A stretch of 64,000 nucleotides of DNA from a virus. The notes under the pieces were generated by a model. The model worked only from the letters and a program-made list of their open reading frames with translations, searched no databases and was not told the origin of the DNA. A program made the position numbers and the translations under genes. Positions 26,531 to 34,256 of this stretch are shown here, piece after piece. The stretch lies in the IMG/VR virus record IMGVR_UViG_3300021977_000001. One strand, given 5' to 3'. Positions within the stretch are counted from its first letter, which is position 1. Every line of letters starts with the position of its first letter.

Positions 26531-27349
26531 TTATTTAGTTTTGAAATTACCCATACCGTCATGACTTGCTGGGGTAAGGCTATCGAAAATGGTAGCTTCA
26601 ACGACGGTATCATCATCTACATGGTAAAACTCTTTAAACTGTCGAGATTTAACCACCTCACCATCTCTAACAGTAAGACGTACTCTGGCTGACGCGCTGA
26701 GTTGAATTAACGTCCCTGGACGAGCTAGACTGATTTCTATCATCCTTTCTTTAATATCAACCACGCCACTGTCTACGCCAATTTCTTCAATAGACCACGC
26801 ACTGCCTGCTTCACTTATAAACCAGTACGGATATTTATAGGACGTATTTTCACTTGACTCAGATTCTGTAGTGTCGTCTACTTTTATCTCATCGTTTACC
26901 TTTACCGTTACTTGATCTTTACCCATGCGCTCTTTAAGCGCCACCATGCGTCTGGTAGAAGACAAGTCTTTAGATTGTACTAGTTGTTTTAGATTCATAG
27001 CCACGTCCACTAGCGAGTTAAGTATACCCATGTAGTCTTTCAATAGATCTACACCATATGCCATAAGCTCAGAAAAGACCACATCGTCAATCGATATAGA
27101 TAGCGTAACTTCAACATCGTCTTTAACACGTAACATGTAAGCAATGTTGCTAAGGCTGTTAGCTACCTTTACGTCGACTGTGATACTCTCTTTAAGCATC
27201 TCTATAAGTAAATCGCCTTTCACTTTAGCGTGTTCTTCTGTATTGACTTTAGCTACTAAGGGTTTAAGTAACTCGATGGCCTGTGTTGCGTTTTCACGAT
27301 AAGCAGCTACTTCAACACGTGACAGGGTGAAGGTTTGTGTAATTTGCAT
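26531..27349 (-). CDS. Hypothetical protein, probably early-expressed
   Basis: 272 aa; AAGG RBS; TATATTAC promoter upstream. Confidence 0.75.
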   Translation of the reverse strand: MQITQTFTLSRVEVAAYRENATQAIELLKPLVAKVNTEEHAKVKGDLLIEMLKESITVDVKVANSLSNIAYMLRVKDDVEVTLSISIDDVVFSELMAYGVDLLKDYMGILNSLVDVAMNLKQLVQSKDLSSTRRMVALKERMGKDQVTVKVNDEIKVDDTTESESSENTSYKYPYWFISEAGSAWSIEEIGVDSGVVDIKERMIEISLARPGTLIQLSASARVRLTVRDGEVVKSRQFKEFYHVDDDTVVEATIFDSLTPASHDGMGNFKTK

Positions 27350-27405
27350 GATGTTATACCTTTTAAAGTTTAAAGAATGTTACCTTATTGTAATCATTCA
27401 CTACA

Positions 27406-27413
27406 GTAATATA
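27406..27413 (-). promoter_or_regulatory. phiKZ-type early promoter (TATATTAC)
   Basis: Exact match to the phiKZ early consensus; intergenic, just after a terminator. Confidence 0.65.
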
Positions 27414-27433
27414 GAGGTATAATGTTGTCGAAA

Positions 27434-27462
27434 CGGCATAAAGTGGGCAGGTTGCCCTGCCC
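27434..27462 (-). terminator. Hairpin followed by TTTATGCCG
   Basis: GGGCAGG-loop-CCTGCCC stem with cggcata on the + strand, downstream of dcd. Confidence 0.75.
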
Positions 27463-27479
27463 TTGCTAATAGTAGCAGC

Positions 27480-28097
27480 CTATAGCTTGCTGCCGGTAAT
27501 ACCTGTCTGACCCTGATACTTACCCCCTCTATCACCATAGGTAACGTTAGGGCGTTGTTTAGAGGCCTTAAACTCTATCTGTGCAATACCTACTCCAGCA
27601 TAGATCCGCATCGGTAGATTAGTGCAGTTAGTGATCTCTACTACTAAGTGACCTTCCCAACCCGCTTCCAGAGGCGTGATCAGGCTAAACATCCCTAACC
27701 TGGCCCAAGTGCTTTTATTAGAACACGTGGCCATTACGTTGTCTGGTATATGGAAGTATTCTACTGTACGCGATAGTAGCAATCCACCAGGCGGTAGGAT
27801 GACGCTATCGGCCTTTACCTCTTCAACAAACTCACGTTCATCAAAGTTCATGATATCAATGATACGTCCGTCGTTAGGTTTACTAAAGAGTTTAAACTCA
27901 GGCGCTAAACGGATATCGTACCCAAAACTACTAAGTCCATAGCTAGGTATGCGTTGGCCTTTATCGTTAGTATTAATGCTTTTACTAATAAAGGGTTCAA
28001 TCATGGGTTGTTGATGATTGTTAATCATTACGCCATCTAGATTAATTTGACATAAGTCGGTACATAACGCTTCTATTGCAAAGTCAGGTATTAACAT
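27480..28097 (-). CDS. dcd: dCTP deaminase
   Basis: SYGLSSFGYDIRL, KSTWARLG, TPLEAGWEGHLVVEI and Y.DR.GKYQGQTGIT motifs. Confidence 0.95.
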   Translation of the reverse strand: MLIPDFAIEALCTDLCQINLDGVMINNHQQPMIEPFISKSINTNDKGQRIPSYGLSSFGYDIRLAPEFKLFSKPNDGRIIDIMNFDEREFVEEVKADSVILPPGGLLLSRTVEYFHIPDNVMATCSNKSTWARLGMFSLITPLEAGWEGHLVVEITNCTNLPMRIYAGVGIAQIEFKASKQRPNVTYGDRGGKYQGQTGITGSKL

Positions 28098-28522
28098 GCG
28101 TTATCTCCATTTACCATCCCCACACATTCTAGCTTAAGCATGATGCTAAACGGGTCGATGCCAGTCTCAAATTTAGTATGCTTAGGTGGAGCGTGTATAT
28201 CCATGTGGTCTACCCAGTCCTGATAGTCCTTTAACGCGCTCTGTACAAGCATGTTAAGTTCTTTATCAATGACGGCTATCTCATCAGACATAGCGGTAAT
28301 GGCGCGCTCTGCATGCCAGGCAGCGCCTTCTACAGATGGTTTCTCTTCAAACCTTAAGCTAGTAAGGTACTGTGTTATACCTGAACGTAGGTTATCGGTA
28401 CCAACAAACTCACATTTCATTTCTTGCGTGATAGCGTGACCTGGAACGTCAACATCAAAATAAACATTGTGTCCCATAACTTTAATTAGTATTTGAAAAA
28501 CTGGCGTTGTCATTAATAGCAT
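28091..28522 (-). CDS. Hypothetical protein
   Basis: 143-aa ORF in the operon with dcd. Confidence 0.65.
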   Translation of the reverse strand: MLLMTTPVFQILIKVMGHNVYFDVDVPGHAITQEMKCEFVGTDNLRSGITQYLTSLRFEEKPSVEGAAWHAERAITAMSDEIAVIDKELNMLVQSALKDYQDWVDHMDIHAPPKHTKFETGIDPFSIMLKLECVGMVNGDNAC

Positions 28523-28580
28523 CCTTTAATAATAGATCTTTGGGCTTGTAGGATTAATGATCTATGTAAATAAAGAAAGA

Positions 28581-28614
28581 CGGCATAAGGGATGCAAGGT
28601 TACCCCCACATCCC
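28581..28614 (-). terminator. Hairpin followed by TTATGCCG
   Basis: GGGATG...CATCCC stem with cggcata on the + strand. Confidence 0.65.
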
Positions 28615-28619
28615 AATAG

Positions 28620-28820
28620 TTAACTTAATCCTACAGTAAGGTCAAAGAACTCGTCTTTAGCCGACACTATTACCTGGTCACCATCTACAGTATACCCGTT
28701 AAATAGCTGATTCTCTACCATCAATAATACTTTAACGCTTGAAAACTTACGTACTTGTTTTCCATCCTTGCTTTTTACTATTGCGGGTAGATCGTTGTAA
28801 TTCTCAATACCTTCAAACAT
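28620..28820 (-). CDS. Hypothetical protein
   Basis: 66 aa; AAGGA RBS; downstream of thyA. Confidence 0.6.
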   Translation of the reverse strand: MFEGIENYNDLPAIVKSKDGKQVRKFSSVKVLLMVENQLFNGYTVDGDQVIVSAKDEFFDLTVGLS

Positions 28821-28846
28821 AGAGGATTCCTTACACTATTTATAAA

Positions 28847-29725
28847 CTACGACGCCATCTCAGCTGAGATAGGCGCGTGGTGATCATAACCAAAGACTTC
28901 AAAATCTTTATCGGTCATGTGATTAACCACATAATCCCAATCCGTTATACGATCACTTAACACGATTGTGGGTGGGTCATATGGATCGCGACTTAGTTGT
29001 TCAGTTACCTGCTCGAAATGATTATCGTAGATGTGGAAGTTATTATGGTCGTGTTTAACCCAACCTGGTTTATGACCAGTTATCTTAGCCATAACGGCTA
29101 AAAATACATAACACTGCATCATGTTCCAATTCATACCCAAAAATCCATCTGTGGATCTTTGTGTGGATGTCATATGGAGCGTATCACCTAACAATGTAAA
29201 AGTATGGCTATACATGCATGGTCTTAATGCCCCTAGTTCAAATAGACCTGGGTTCCAAAAGGTAACAATCTCACCACGATCATCGATACCAGCTTTAAGG
29301 TTAGTATAGACCTTTTTAAATAGATCCATCGTGTAACCGTCATGGGTTGGCCAGTTCTTAGCAACACCACCATACACCACACCAATATCATCTGTACCTT
29401 TACGGTGCGGATTATCTAACCACGCACGTGTTTCGTTAGCGTTAATGTCCCAGCTATCTGTCCCTAGGTCTCTAAACTGCGCCGCGCTATTAAACCCACG
29501 GAAATAACCACAGAGTTCTCTTATAGCTTTACGCCAATAGCTTTTACGCGTGGTCACTAGTGGAAACTCACCACCCCCTACATTGTAATATAGCACAGCG
29601 CCTGTTACCGTACGACAAACCTTACCGGTGCGGTCATTATGTATATCATAACCATGTTTCATGGTGTGTCTTAGTAGATCTAGATACTGTACTTCTGCAG
29701 TAGGTAGATGCTTTGGTATAATCAT
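28847..29725 (-). CDS. thyA: Thymidylate synthase (ThyA type)
   Basis: RTG, FPLVTTRK, ALRPCM (catalytic Cys), QRS.D.FLG..WN and HIY..H motifs; uninterrupted. Confidence 0.97.
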   Translation of the reverse strand: MIIPKHLPTAEVQYLDLLRHTMKHGYDIHNDRTGKVCRTVTGAVLYYNVGGGEFPLVTTRKSYWRKAIRELCGYFRGFNSAAQFRDLGTDSWDINANETRAWLDNPHRKGTDDIGVVYGGVAKNWPTHDGYTMDLFKKVYTNLKAGIDDRGEIVTFWNPGLFELGALRPCMYSHTFTLLGDTLHMTSTQRSTDGFLGMNWNMMQCYVFLAVMAKITGHKPGWVKHDHNNFHIYDNHFEQVTEQLSRDPYDPPTIVLSDRITDWDYVVNHMTDKDFEVFGYDHHAPISAEMAS

Positions 29726-30213
29726 TACATGTCTCCCATATCGTTAAAATAGTCACGTAGCTCCATCAACAACTTGCCTAAATGGTTTTCTCCTTTCCCA
29801 TCTCGATTAGATACACCCCAATACTTATCTCCATGCCAGTTACCTTCAACCAATGCCGCGTTACCCGTTGCTATTAACTTACGTTTAAGGTCTAAGTTGA
29901 GGTTAAATTTAAGCAGCAATATTTCCCACATCAGCGGTAGTTTAATAGCGTCCCAATCATCTCGCAGCTTAAGCTTCCTACCATGTATTTTAGCCTGGCC
30001 TGGATAAGGTAGGGTGGTGATAAAGGCCCGTTCTTTTACATCAGTGGTTTTAGCCGCCACGTAGGCGTGCTCGGCAGTGCTAAAGCTATACGTCTGAAGC
30101 TGTTTGCCTGGAAATACCGCAGTATAAGGAATAGGGTTAGTTAGTGGATAGAAGTTACTTAAAAACGCATAGTCGTCTTTAAATCTATCTATTCTATTCT
30201 CCTGAAATAACAT
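29725..30213 (-). CDS. NADAR (YbiA-like) domain protein
   Basis: FLSNFY, TAEHAYVAAK, RDDWD..K..LM..IL..KF, L..TG...LVE....DKYWG and GEN.LGKLLMELR; TAATG-coupled to thyA. Confidence 0.92.
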   Translation of the reverse strand: MLFQENRIDRFKDDYAFLSNFYPLTNPIPYTAVFPGKQLQTYSFSTAEHAYVAAKTTDVKERAFITTLPYPGQAKIHGRKLKLRDDWDAIKLPLMWEILLLKFNLNLDLKRKLIATGNAALVEGNWHGDKYWGVSNRDGKGENHLGKLLMELRDYFNDMGDM

Positions 30214-30223
30214 AGCAATATCC

Positions 30224-30661
30224 TTATTTAAATATTACATTCGGCAGAGGTCTGGCTGCTAGGCGCGTGGTCTCATCGATAATGAATTTATCATTAGGCT
30301 TTCCGCGATTAACGCTATCGTTATAACGTATCACGTGAAGGCTACGTCGCATGCGATAGGCGCGCCTAAGCGCAGGATTGAACACGTCATTGTTCCATTC
30401 CAGATACGTAGTATTGGTTCCTTCTAATTCACGCATATCCACCACCACAGGTGTGAGTTTATAATACAGTCTCTGTAGTAGCAATGTGATAATGTAGACG
30501 ATTAATAAACTTAAAATAAACATTCCCATGTAAAAGGCAATTCTCTTTATTATAATTAGGTTATAGTATTTAAACAGGGTGTTAAATGCGACGTTGATGA
30601 CAAAAAAGAAACAATAATCAAAGAGCAGCGCTAACCGCATGCTTGATCTTGTTTCTCTCAT
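30224..30661 (-). CDS. Hypothetical membrane protein
   Basis: Two N-terminal hydrophobic stretches followed by a basic soluble part. Confidence 0.6.
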   Translation of the reverse strand: MRETRSSMRLALLFDYCFFFVINVAFNTLFKYYNLIIIKRIAFYMGMFILSLLIVYIITLLLQRLYYKLTPVVVDMRELEGTNTTYLEWNNDVFNPALRRAYRMRRSLHVIRYNDSVNRGKPNDKFIIDETTRLAARPLPNVIFK

Positions 30662-30663
30662 TA

Positions 30664-30873
30664 TTATTCACTGGCCGTTATACTCTCTGCAATGGTTGAG
30701 AACAATACCCCCGCTTTACGTTTTGCTTGAATATTGTATTTGAACGTATCGCCTTTAATAGATAGTTCAGCAGTGTAGTCATAATGACCTGCCTCTATTA
30801 AATCAGCAAGGCTGCGTAACCGAGCAACAACGTCAAGCTCATCGTCGGTTACATTAATGGTTGAATCGGTCAT
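30664..30873 (-). CDS. Hypothetical protein
   Basis: 69 aa; TAGGG RBS-like sequence; follows a terminator. Confidence 0.6.
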   Translation of the reverse strand: MTDSTINVTDDELDVVARLRSLADLIEAGHYDYTAELSIKGDTFKYNIQAKRKAGVLFSTIAESITASE

Positions 30874-30891
30874 ATTTGATCACCCTACTAA

Positions 30892-30920
30892 GGCATAAAG
30901 GGAGGACCGAAGCCCTCCCC
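30892..30920 (-). terminator. Hairpin followed by TTTATGCC
   Basis: GGGAGG-accgaagc-CCTCCC stem with ggcata on the + strand, downstream of endA. Confidence 0.7.
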
Positions 30921-30932
30921 TTACTATGTTTA

Positions 30933-31706
30933 TTATTCGCAAACGCCTACGTAATGGTTACCACTGCCCTGCTTATCACAGATACGCTGGTTACGTAAAC
31001 GTTCATCATCTCCAATAGGATCTTTTAAATCCCAGTAGTATAGATGCATAAGTTCGTCGTTGGTAATATCTATACCTAGAGGAACGGCGTATGCGTCTAG
31101 CATGTATAAATAGATACGCGCTACGTCACCGCGTTTAATATCACGTATCTCTACAGCCTCTGAGGTAACCTCTACGTCGCATCTTCCAAAGTCCCTCGCC
31201 TCACCTATGATGTTAGCAAAGGGTTTATCAGAACGTAGATTGTTAAGCTCACCTATAGCAGGTACAACGTTAACAAGATCATTCTGCGCACGCTCGTAGA
31301 CCAGATTCGTTTTCTCACAGCACGCACGTGATGACATCAGGTCACCATCCGACTCGTAGCACTCTGATATCTCTTCACGACCCTCACCCCAACACTGTAG
31401 CGCTCCACCTATCTTTGAAGCAGGCATGACGTGTTCGCCTTCTACGCGATTAGCACGTGTAGACGTTGCACTTATAGGCTGATAGTCGCAGTCGGAATAA
31501 TCTACTTGCTTATCTTCTGTAAACCCACATCCACAGTAAAACGTCTGGTTTAACGGACTAGCATGTACATCTTCAATCATCCAGCGGGTTGTAGTTGAAA
31601 ATGACTTAGGAATGTCTTTAGCATAGCCGGTACTTGCAGACATGATAATACCAATAGCAATAACTGCTAGTAGTATGGTGAATAGTCCTACTGATTTTTG
31701 TTTCAT
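30933..31706 (-). CDS. endA: Endonuclease I (EndA/Vvn/Dns family) with a signal peptide
   Basis: TFYCGC, RVEGEHVMPAS (catalytic His), DLVN.VPAIGELN..RSD, DFGRCD and RGDVARIYLYM. Start set at MKQKSVGLFTILLAVIAIGII... (ATG 31706, AAGGA RBS). Confidence 0.9.
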   Translation of the reverse strand: MKQKSVGLFTILLAVIAIGIIMSASTGYAKDIPKSFSTTTRWMIEDVHASPLNQTFYCGCGFTEDKQVDYSDCDYQPISATSTRANRVEGEHVMPASKIGGALQCWGEGREEISECYESDGDLMSSRACCEKTNLVYERAQNDLVNVVPAIGELNNLRSDKPFANIIGEARDFGRCDVEVTSEAVEIRDIKRGDVARIYLYMLDAYAVPLGIDITNDELMHLYYWDLKDPIGDDERLRNQRICDKQGSGNHYVGVCE

Positions 31707-32320
31707 TTTATTATATCCTTTAAAAGGGGTGAGCGTTTTAATAGTTCTTTGTATAATGCAGCAAACTTCGTTGCACGTTCCGCACAAGCCTTCAGTAAAG
31801 CGGACGATGGCTTACCTGTACAGACGTGTCGTTCGAGTATGAGGATGTTACCCAGTATTAATATATGGCGCAAATACCAATCTAATACCCTATCCTGCAG
31901 CATCACGTTGAAGTTAATAACTGACTTCCTATTCCTAGCAAAGATACCACGACCTATTTTAACGGTGGGGATGCTATCTGGTAGCATTACAATCTCATTA
32001 ACAAGATCTTGGTATATGGCATTTTGCATAGCCGTGTATGGCAGGTGTTTAACTACAGCCATAGTTACACGCGCGGCAGGTTCAGTTAGACCCAACGCGT
32101 TGATCTCAGCAGTATTAAAAACGTGTGTTAGTGTAACCGATGAGGTGTTGCGGAATTGGAAGTTTTCTAGTTGTCTGAGCGATGCTTCGTAAACGTTGTT
32201 GAATCCCTGGATGAAATTACTTGCTCGTCTGTCCAAAGACGGATCAAGAAACTGCTTTAAAAACATCCGGGCTTTGTTGGCTTCCTGCCTTACAGTTATT
32301 AAATTGGCATTGTTGCTCAT
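31703..32320 (-). CDS. Hypothetical protein
   Basis: 205 aa; 4-nt overlap with endA; TAGG RBS. Confidence 0.7.
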   Translation of the reverse strand: MSNNANLITVRQEANKARMFLKQFLDPSLDRRASNFIQGFNNVYEASLRQLENFQFRNTSSVTLTHVFNTAEINALGLTEPAARVTMAVVKHLPYTAMQNAIYQDLVNEIVMLPDSIPTVKIGRGIFARNRKSVINFNVMLQDRVLDWYLRHILILGNILILERHVCTGKPSSALLKACAERATKFAALYKELLKRSPLLKDIIK

Positions 32321-32329
32321 TACCTATCC

Positions 32330-32866
32330 TTATATGCAAACACTTTCTTTAATAAATGCCTTGCCGTTAATTAACCGGTAAAACGTCTTTGTAAGCGTAG
32401 GTGCGTACTGCCCCATGGCTTCTATCTCACACCACGAAACAGTTGGACGATCCCATATAGTAGTACGATGGATGTCCATTGCTTTTTCAATAGCAGTTAG
32501 GTCTATTGCGTGAGGGTCGTTATGTAATTGCTCGATCTCATCTAAATGAGCATTAGTCAGCAAGTCTTCATCATACAGACGACCTGACATGATGTTAGTT
32601 AACGCAAGAATACGCAGTTGAGCATTATCCAAGCGGTTTACACGACACACCCACTCCAGACATGCTGCAACGCAATCTGACGACACATTCATGTCAATGC
32701 TGTACTGATCAACCAAGGCGGTAGGTAGACCCTTAGCTGGATGTAGCGCGCCTACAACTTGTTTAAAATGCGACAGATTAGTTAGGGTAATCAGACGCTT
32801 GGCGTTGTCAGCAACACGGTGTTTAGGAGAATGAAATACGGTATTTAAAGGGATTGAATTGTTCAT
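32330..32866 (-). CDS. Hypothetical protein
   Basis: 178-aa ORF tiled in the operon. Confidence 0.65.
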   Translation of the reverse strand: MNNSIPLNTVFHSPKHRVADNAKRLITLTNLSHFKQVVGALHPAKGLPTALVDQYSIDMNVSSDCVAACLEWVCRVNRLDNAQLRILALTNIMSGRLYDEDLLTNAHLDEIEQLHNDPHAIDLTAIEKAMDIHRTTIWDRPTVSWCEIEAMGQYAPTLTKTFYRLINGKAFIKESVCI

Positions 32867-32989
32867 TGTAATAATCCATTAATTTATTATTTTGGTTTAA
32901 AAGGCAGTAAGCGTGTTTAACGAACACGTCTCATAGTAGTTTAAGGGACACGTGTATTTATATAACGATCCAGTGCGGTAGTGGTTTTC

Positions 32990-33454
32990 TTATTCTCCTT
33001 TAATAAAGGGCGAGTCTTTACGCTGAATGGCTTTTATTAATTCAGTTTGACACACCGGGCGAATGATACAGGGGTGACCATTAATCCAATTAACCATCCC
33101 CATGGTAAGTTTAAGGTCACGTCTGAATGGAAACCCATTTTTAGCATGCAGTGGGTGATGTTGTTTATGCATCCATACTGCATCGGTACTTTTATCGAAC
33201 GTGACAGGTAGACCATGATGCAGCATTAGTCGTTCTATTGCGGTCCATCCTTTAAAGGCGCGAGGAAACTCACCCTTTAATGCGTGTCGTCTAAAAGCAC
33301 GTTCAGTAGGTAGGTCGTTGTTAAGGTGATTTACCATCAACGCATTGAACGCTTTAACCGGCTCGGGTGAGGTCTCGGCAATGCCTAATAACAACGCTAT
33401 TCTTTCTTGATTCTTCTGGTAGGCTTTAACATCCAGAGATTTCAATCTAGCCAT
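32990..33454 (-). CDS. Hypothetical protein
   Basis: 154 aa; AAGGA RBS. Confidence 0.7.
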   Translation of the reverse strand: MARLKSLDVKAYQKNQERIALLLGIAETSPEPVKAFNALMVNHLNNDLPTERAFRRHALKGEFPRAFKGWTAIERLMLHHGLPVTFDKSTDAVWMHKQHHPLHAKNGFPFRRDLKLTMGMVNWINGHPCIIRPVCQTELIKAIQRKDSPFIKGE

Positions 33455-33468
33455 GTATTATTTGTCCT

Positions 33469-34041
33469 TTAGGTACTACTTGGTTTTTTAGTAACTGTAA
33501 AATCTATCCTATCTGACATCGCCTTCATGTCTTTAAATGGACTAGTGGGTTGAGGAAAGATATCAAAGTTATCTTCTACGGTGTGATGAAGTTTATTTAA
33601 CACAACCCCAAACGTCTTTTCATTAATTGTAACAATTAACGATATAAAGAACGCTACTGACGATAATAAATACACACCACCTGTAGAATTTATAGAAACA
33701 ACACAGTGACCATTGACGGCAGCAGTACGATAAAGCCGATTAAATAATCTAATAAGCTTTGATGTAAAAAACATCCGTCCCAACTTATAGTCTATCTCAT
33801 CATGCTGTACAAGTAGGCTTTCTATAAATACGGTTTTAGAGGTAGAGTTTTCTAACTCTTCAATTAATTCAACATATTCATCTATGTTCCTTAACGGTTC
33901 ACGTATGGTCATGTCAAATGCATTTAATTCACTTTCTAACTTTTCAGTATGTGAAGGTGTCGATATCGCCTCAACAATAACACCCTTTAGCAGGCATAGT
34001 TTTTTAATATCTTCTTTCATGTGTAAATCCTTAGAGGGCAT
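33469..34041 (-). CDS. Hypothetical protein (AT-rich gene)
   Basis: 190-aa ORF; the real start may be the second Met. Confidence 0.6.
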   Translation of the reverse strand: MPSKDLHMKEDIKKLCLLKGVIVEAISTPSHTEKLESELNAFDMTIREPLRNIDEYVELIEELENSTSKTVFIESLLVQHDEIDYKLGRMFFTSKLIRLFNRLYRTAAVNGHCVVSINSTGGVYLLSSVAFFISLIVTINEKTFGVVLNKLHHTVEDNFDIFPQPTSPFKDMKAMSDRIDFTVTKKPSST

Positions 34042-34068
34042 AAAGCGAGAACCCGAAGGTTCTCTGCT
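34036..34068 (-). terminator. Hairpin followed by TTTATGCC
   Basis: GAGAACC-cgaa-GGTTCTC on the + strand (UUCG loop on -), right after the 49-aa ORF stop. Confidence 0.75.
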
Positions 34069-34072
34069 CTAT

Positions 34073-34222
34073 TTATATCTTACAGGCCCCGCCTTCACAG
34101 TCGTCAACATCACCTTCCGTTAAAGCTTTTGCTTCTTCGTTCTGCTCTGCCATACGCTCTGCGTTAGCGCGTTCTAGGGCCTCTTCATCGATGTTTAAAT
34201 CGAAATCATCAAAATCACTCAC
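34073..34222 (-). CDS. 49-aa acidic peptide ending in a class Ia RNR-alpha-like redox tail (DDCEGGACKI)
   Basis: Hand translation: GTG-SDFDDFDLNIDEEALERANAERMAEQNEEAKALTEGDVDDCEGGACKI-TAA. AAAGGAG RBS 7 nt upstream, TATATTAC promoter before it and a terminator after it. Confidence 0.85.
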   Translation of the reverse strand: MSDFDDFDLNIDEEALERANAERMAEQNEEAKALTEGDVDDCEGGACKI

Positions 34223-34238
34223 GTGATTGCTCCTTTAT

Positions 34239-34246
34239 GTAATATA
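34239..34246 (-). promoter_or_regulatory. phiKZ-type early promoter (TATATTAC)
   Basis: Exact match directly upstream of the RBS of the 49-aa ORF. Confidence 0.7.
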
Positions 34247-34256
34247 GGTGTTAAGG

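Noticed and set aside
27480-29725. Uracil-substituted or hypermodified DNA suggested by dCTP deaminase
   Set aside because: Intact dUTPase, ThyA and DHFR indicate ordinary dTTP synthesis, and no base-modifying genes were seen in this window.
31707-31787. 27-aa extension of endonuclease I
   Set aside because: It overlaps the upstream gene and would bury the signal peptide; ATG 31706 has an AAGGA RBS.
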